From Eledone cirrhosa (lineage: Eukaryota): a DNA stretch of 64,000 nt. The position numbers were made by a program, and so were the translations under genes. The stretch is from assembly GCA_964016885.1 (NCBI GenBank), contig OZ024741.1:84444001-84508000 (forward strand). The letters are read 5' to 3'. The notes beneath the pieces were generated by a model that was not told the DNA's origin, ran no database searches, and worked only from the letters and a program-made list of their open reading frames with translations. Positions 60,301-64,000 of this stretch are shown one piece after another; the first letter of the stretch is position 1, and every line of letters starts with the position of its first letter.

Positions 60301-63300
60301 CAACACCAACACCACCAACACCAACACCACAAATACCAACACCACCAACACCAACACCAACACCACCAACACCAACAACACCAAAACCAACACCACCATC
60401 ACCAACACCAACACCACAACCACCAACACCAATACCAAAACTTCCAACACCAACACCACCAACACCAACACCACCAACACCAACACCACCAACACCAACA
60501 CTACCAACACCAACACCACCACCACCAACACCAACAACACAAACACCACCACCACCAACTCCAACACCACCAACACCAATACCAACACTACCAACACGAA
60601 CACCAATACCAACATCACCAACACCCACACCACCAACACCAACACCACCACCACCAACAGCAACACTACCAACACCAACACCACCAACACCAACACCACC
60701 AACACCAATACCAAAACTTCCAACACCAACACCACCAACACCAACACCAACACAACCAACACCTATACCAACACCACCAACACCAACACCTACACCACCA
60801 ACACCAACAATACCAACACCACCAACAGCAACACCACCAACACCACCAACACCACCAACACCAACACCACCAACACCAACACCAACACCAACACCAACAC
60901 CAACACAACCAACACCAACACCACCAACACCAACACCACCAACACCAATACCAACACCAACACCACCAACAACAACACCACCAACACAAACAACACCAAC
61001 ACCAACACCACAAATACCAACTCCAACACCAACAACACCAACACCAACACCACCAACACCACCAACACCAACAGCACCAACACCAATACTAACACTACCA
61101 ACACCAACACCAATACCAACACCACCAACACCAACACAACCACCACCAACACCAACACCACCAACACCAACACCAACAGCACCAACACCAACACCAACAC
61201 CACCAACACAAACAACACCAACAACACCAACACCAACACCACAAATACCAACTCCAACACCACCAACACCAACACCAACACCACCAATACCAACAAGACC
61301 AACACCAACACTACCACCACCAACACCAACACCAACACCACCAACACCAACACCAACACCAACACTACCAACACCAACACCACCAACACCAACACCAACA
61401 CTACCAAAACCAACACCAACACCAACGCCACCAACACCAACACAACTAACGCCAACACCAACACCAACAATACCAACACCACCAACAGCAACACCACCAA
61501 CACCACCAACACCATCACCAACAGCACCAACACCAACACCAACACCACCAACACAAACAACACCAACACCAACACCAACAACACCAACACCAACACCATA
61601 AACACCAACACCAACACCACCAAAACCAACACTACTAACACCAACACAACCAACACTAACATCAACAACACCAATACCAATACTTCCAACACCAGCACCA
61701 CCAACACCAACACGAACACCACCAACACCACCAACACCAACGCCAACATTACCAACACCAACACCACCACCACCAACACCAACACCACCAACCCCAACAC
61801 CACCAACACCAACACCACCAACACCAATACCAAAACTACCAACACCGACACCAATACCAACATCACCAACACCAACACCACCAACACCAACACCACCACC
61901 ACCAACACCAACACTACCAATACCAACACCACCAACACCAACACCACCAACAACAATACCAAGACTTCCAACACCAACAACAGCAACACCAACACCACCA
62001 ACACCAATACCAACACCTCCAACACCAACACCTACACCACCAACACCAACACCAACAATACCAACACCACCAACAGCAACACCACCAACACCACCAACAC
62101 CAACACCAATACCAACATTACCAACACCAACACCAACACCAACACAACCAACACCAACACCACCAACAACAACACCACAAATACCAACACCAACACCACC
62201 AACACCAACACCACCAACACCACCAACACCACAAACATCAACAACAACACCACCAGCACCAACACCAACACCACCAACACCAACATCAACACCACCAACA
62301 CCAAAACCAACACCACCAACACCAACACCAACACCACCAACACCAACACCAACACCACAAATACCAACGCCACCAACACCAACATCAACACACCAACACC
62401 AACACCATAAACACTACAAATACCAACACCACCAACACCAACACCAACACCACCAACACCAACAACACCATCACCAACACCACAAATACCACCAACACCA
62501 ACACCAACAACACCAACTCCAATACCACAAATACCGACACCGACACCACCAACACCAACACCTACACCACCAACACCACCAACACCAACACCAACACCAC
62601 CAACACCAACACCACCAACACCAACACCACAAATTCCAACACCACCAACACCAACACCAACACCACCAACACCAACAACACCAAAACCAACACCACAAAT
62701 ACCACCAACACCAACACCAACAACACCAACACCAATACAACAAATACCAACACCGACACCACCAACATCAACACCACTAACACCACCAACACCAACACCA
62801 CCAGGACCAATACCACCAACAGCAACACCAACAACAACATCACCAACACCAACACTACCAACACCAACACCACCAACACCACCAACACCAACACCACCAA
62901 CACCAACACCACGAACAGCAACACCAACACCAACACCACCAACACCAACACCAACACCAACACCAACACCAACACCACAAACACCAACACCAACACCACC
63001 AACACCAACACTACCAACACCAACACCACCATCACCAACACCACCAACACCAACACCACCAACACCACCCACACCAACACCACCACCACCAACACCACCA
63101 ACACCAACACCAACACCAACACAACCAACACCAACACCACCAACACCAACACCACCAACACCAATACCAACATTACCAACACCAACACAACCAACACCAA
63201 CACCACCAACACCAACACCACCAACACCAATACCAACACCACCAACACAAACAACACCAACACCAACACCAAAATACCAACTCCAACACCACCAACACCG

Positions 63301-64000
63301 ACACCAACACCACCAACACCAACACCACCAACACCAACAGCACCAACACCAATACTAACACTACCAAAACCAACACCAATACCAACATCACCAACACCAA
63401 CACCACCAACACCAACACCAACACCAACACCACCAACACCAACACCACCACCACCAACACCAACACCACCAACCCCAACACCACCAACTCCAACACCACC
63501 AACACCAATATCAACACTACCTACACCAACACCAATACCAACATCACCAACACCCACACCACCAACACCAACACCACCACCACCAACACCAACACTACCA
63601 ACACCAACACCACCAACACCAACACCACCAACACCAATACCAAGACTTCCAACACCAACACCACCAACACCAACACCAACACAACCAACACCTATACCAA
63701 CACCACCAACACCAACACCTACACCACCAACACCAACACCAACACCAACACCACAAATACCAACTCCAACACCAACAACACCAACACCAACACCACCAAC
63801 ACCACCAACACCAACAGCACCAACACCAATACTAACACTACCAACACCAACACCAATACCAACACCAACACAACCACCACCAACACCAACACCACCAACG
63901 CCAACAACACCAACACCGCATATACCAACACCAACACCACCAACACCAACACCAACACCACCAACACCATCAACACCAACGCCAACACCACCAGTACCAA
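51335..64000. repeat. Compound (ACACCA)/(ACACCACCA) array with kb-scale higher-order repeats; runs off the window
   Basis: Direct reading; identical ORF pairs offset by 3006 bp. Confidence 0.97.

Noticed and set aside
51317-64000. Gly/Val-, Val/Leu-, Trp/Cys- and Pro/Thr-rich ORFs
   Set aside because: Translations of 6/9-bp simple repeats with frequent frame switches

Overview
Eukaryotic (animal) genomic DNA, most likely cephalopod/Octopus judging from the tRNA-type SINE copies and the extreme (TA)n/(CA)n/(GA)n density (inference, not a database match). No intact host gene can be supported. Bases 1-25 kb are a retroelement graveyard. They hold a frameshifted Tx1/L1-like LINE plus a second 3' stub, an RTE-like RT relic and SINEs. 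They also hold at least five fragments of Penelope-like elements (PLEs, GIY-YIG endonuclease C-terminus) and several short non-coding inserts sitting in (TA)n tracts. The main signal is about 10 complete and several partial type-I hammerhead ribozyme (HHR) motifs from about 6 unrelated families within 20 kb. These include C3-G8/U3-A8 covariation, long stem II variants, fold-back palindromes centred on the ribozymes, and a shared 3' motif YGAGTRCTY. Bases 25.5-50 kb are a ~900-copy 27-bp minisatellite with higher-order structure. From 51.3 kb to the window end is an (ACACCA)/(ACACCACCA) array with a 3006-bp tandem duplication. The long ORFs in both arrays are most simply by-products of stop-poor repeat units.
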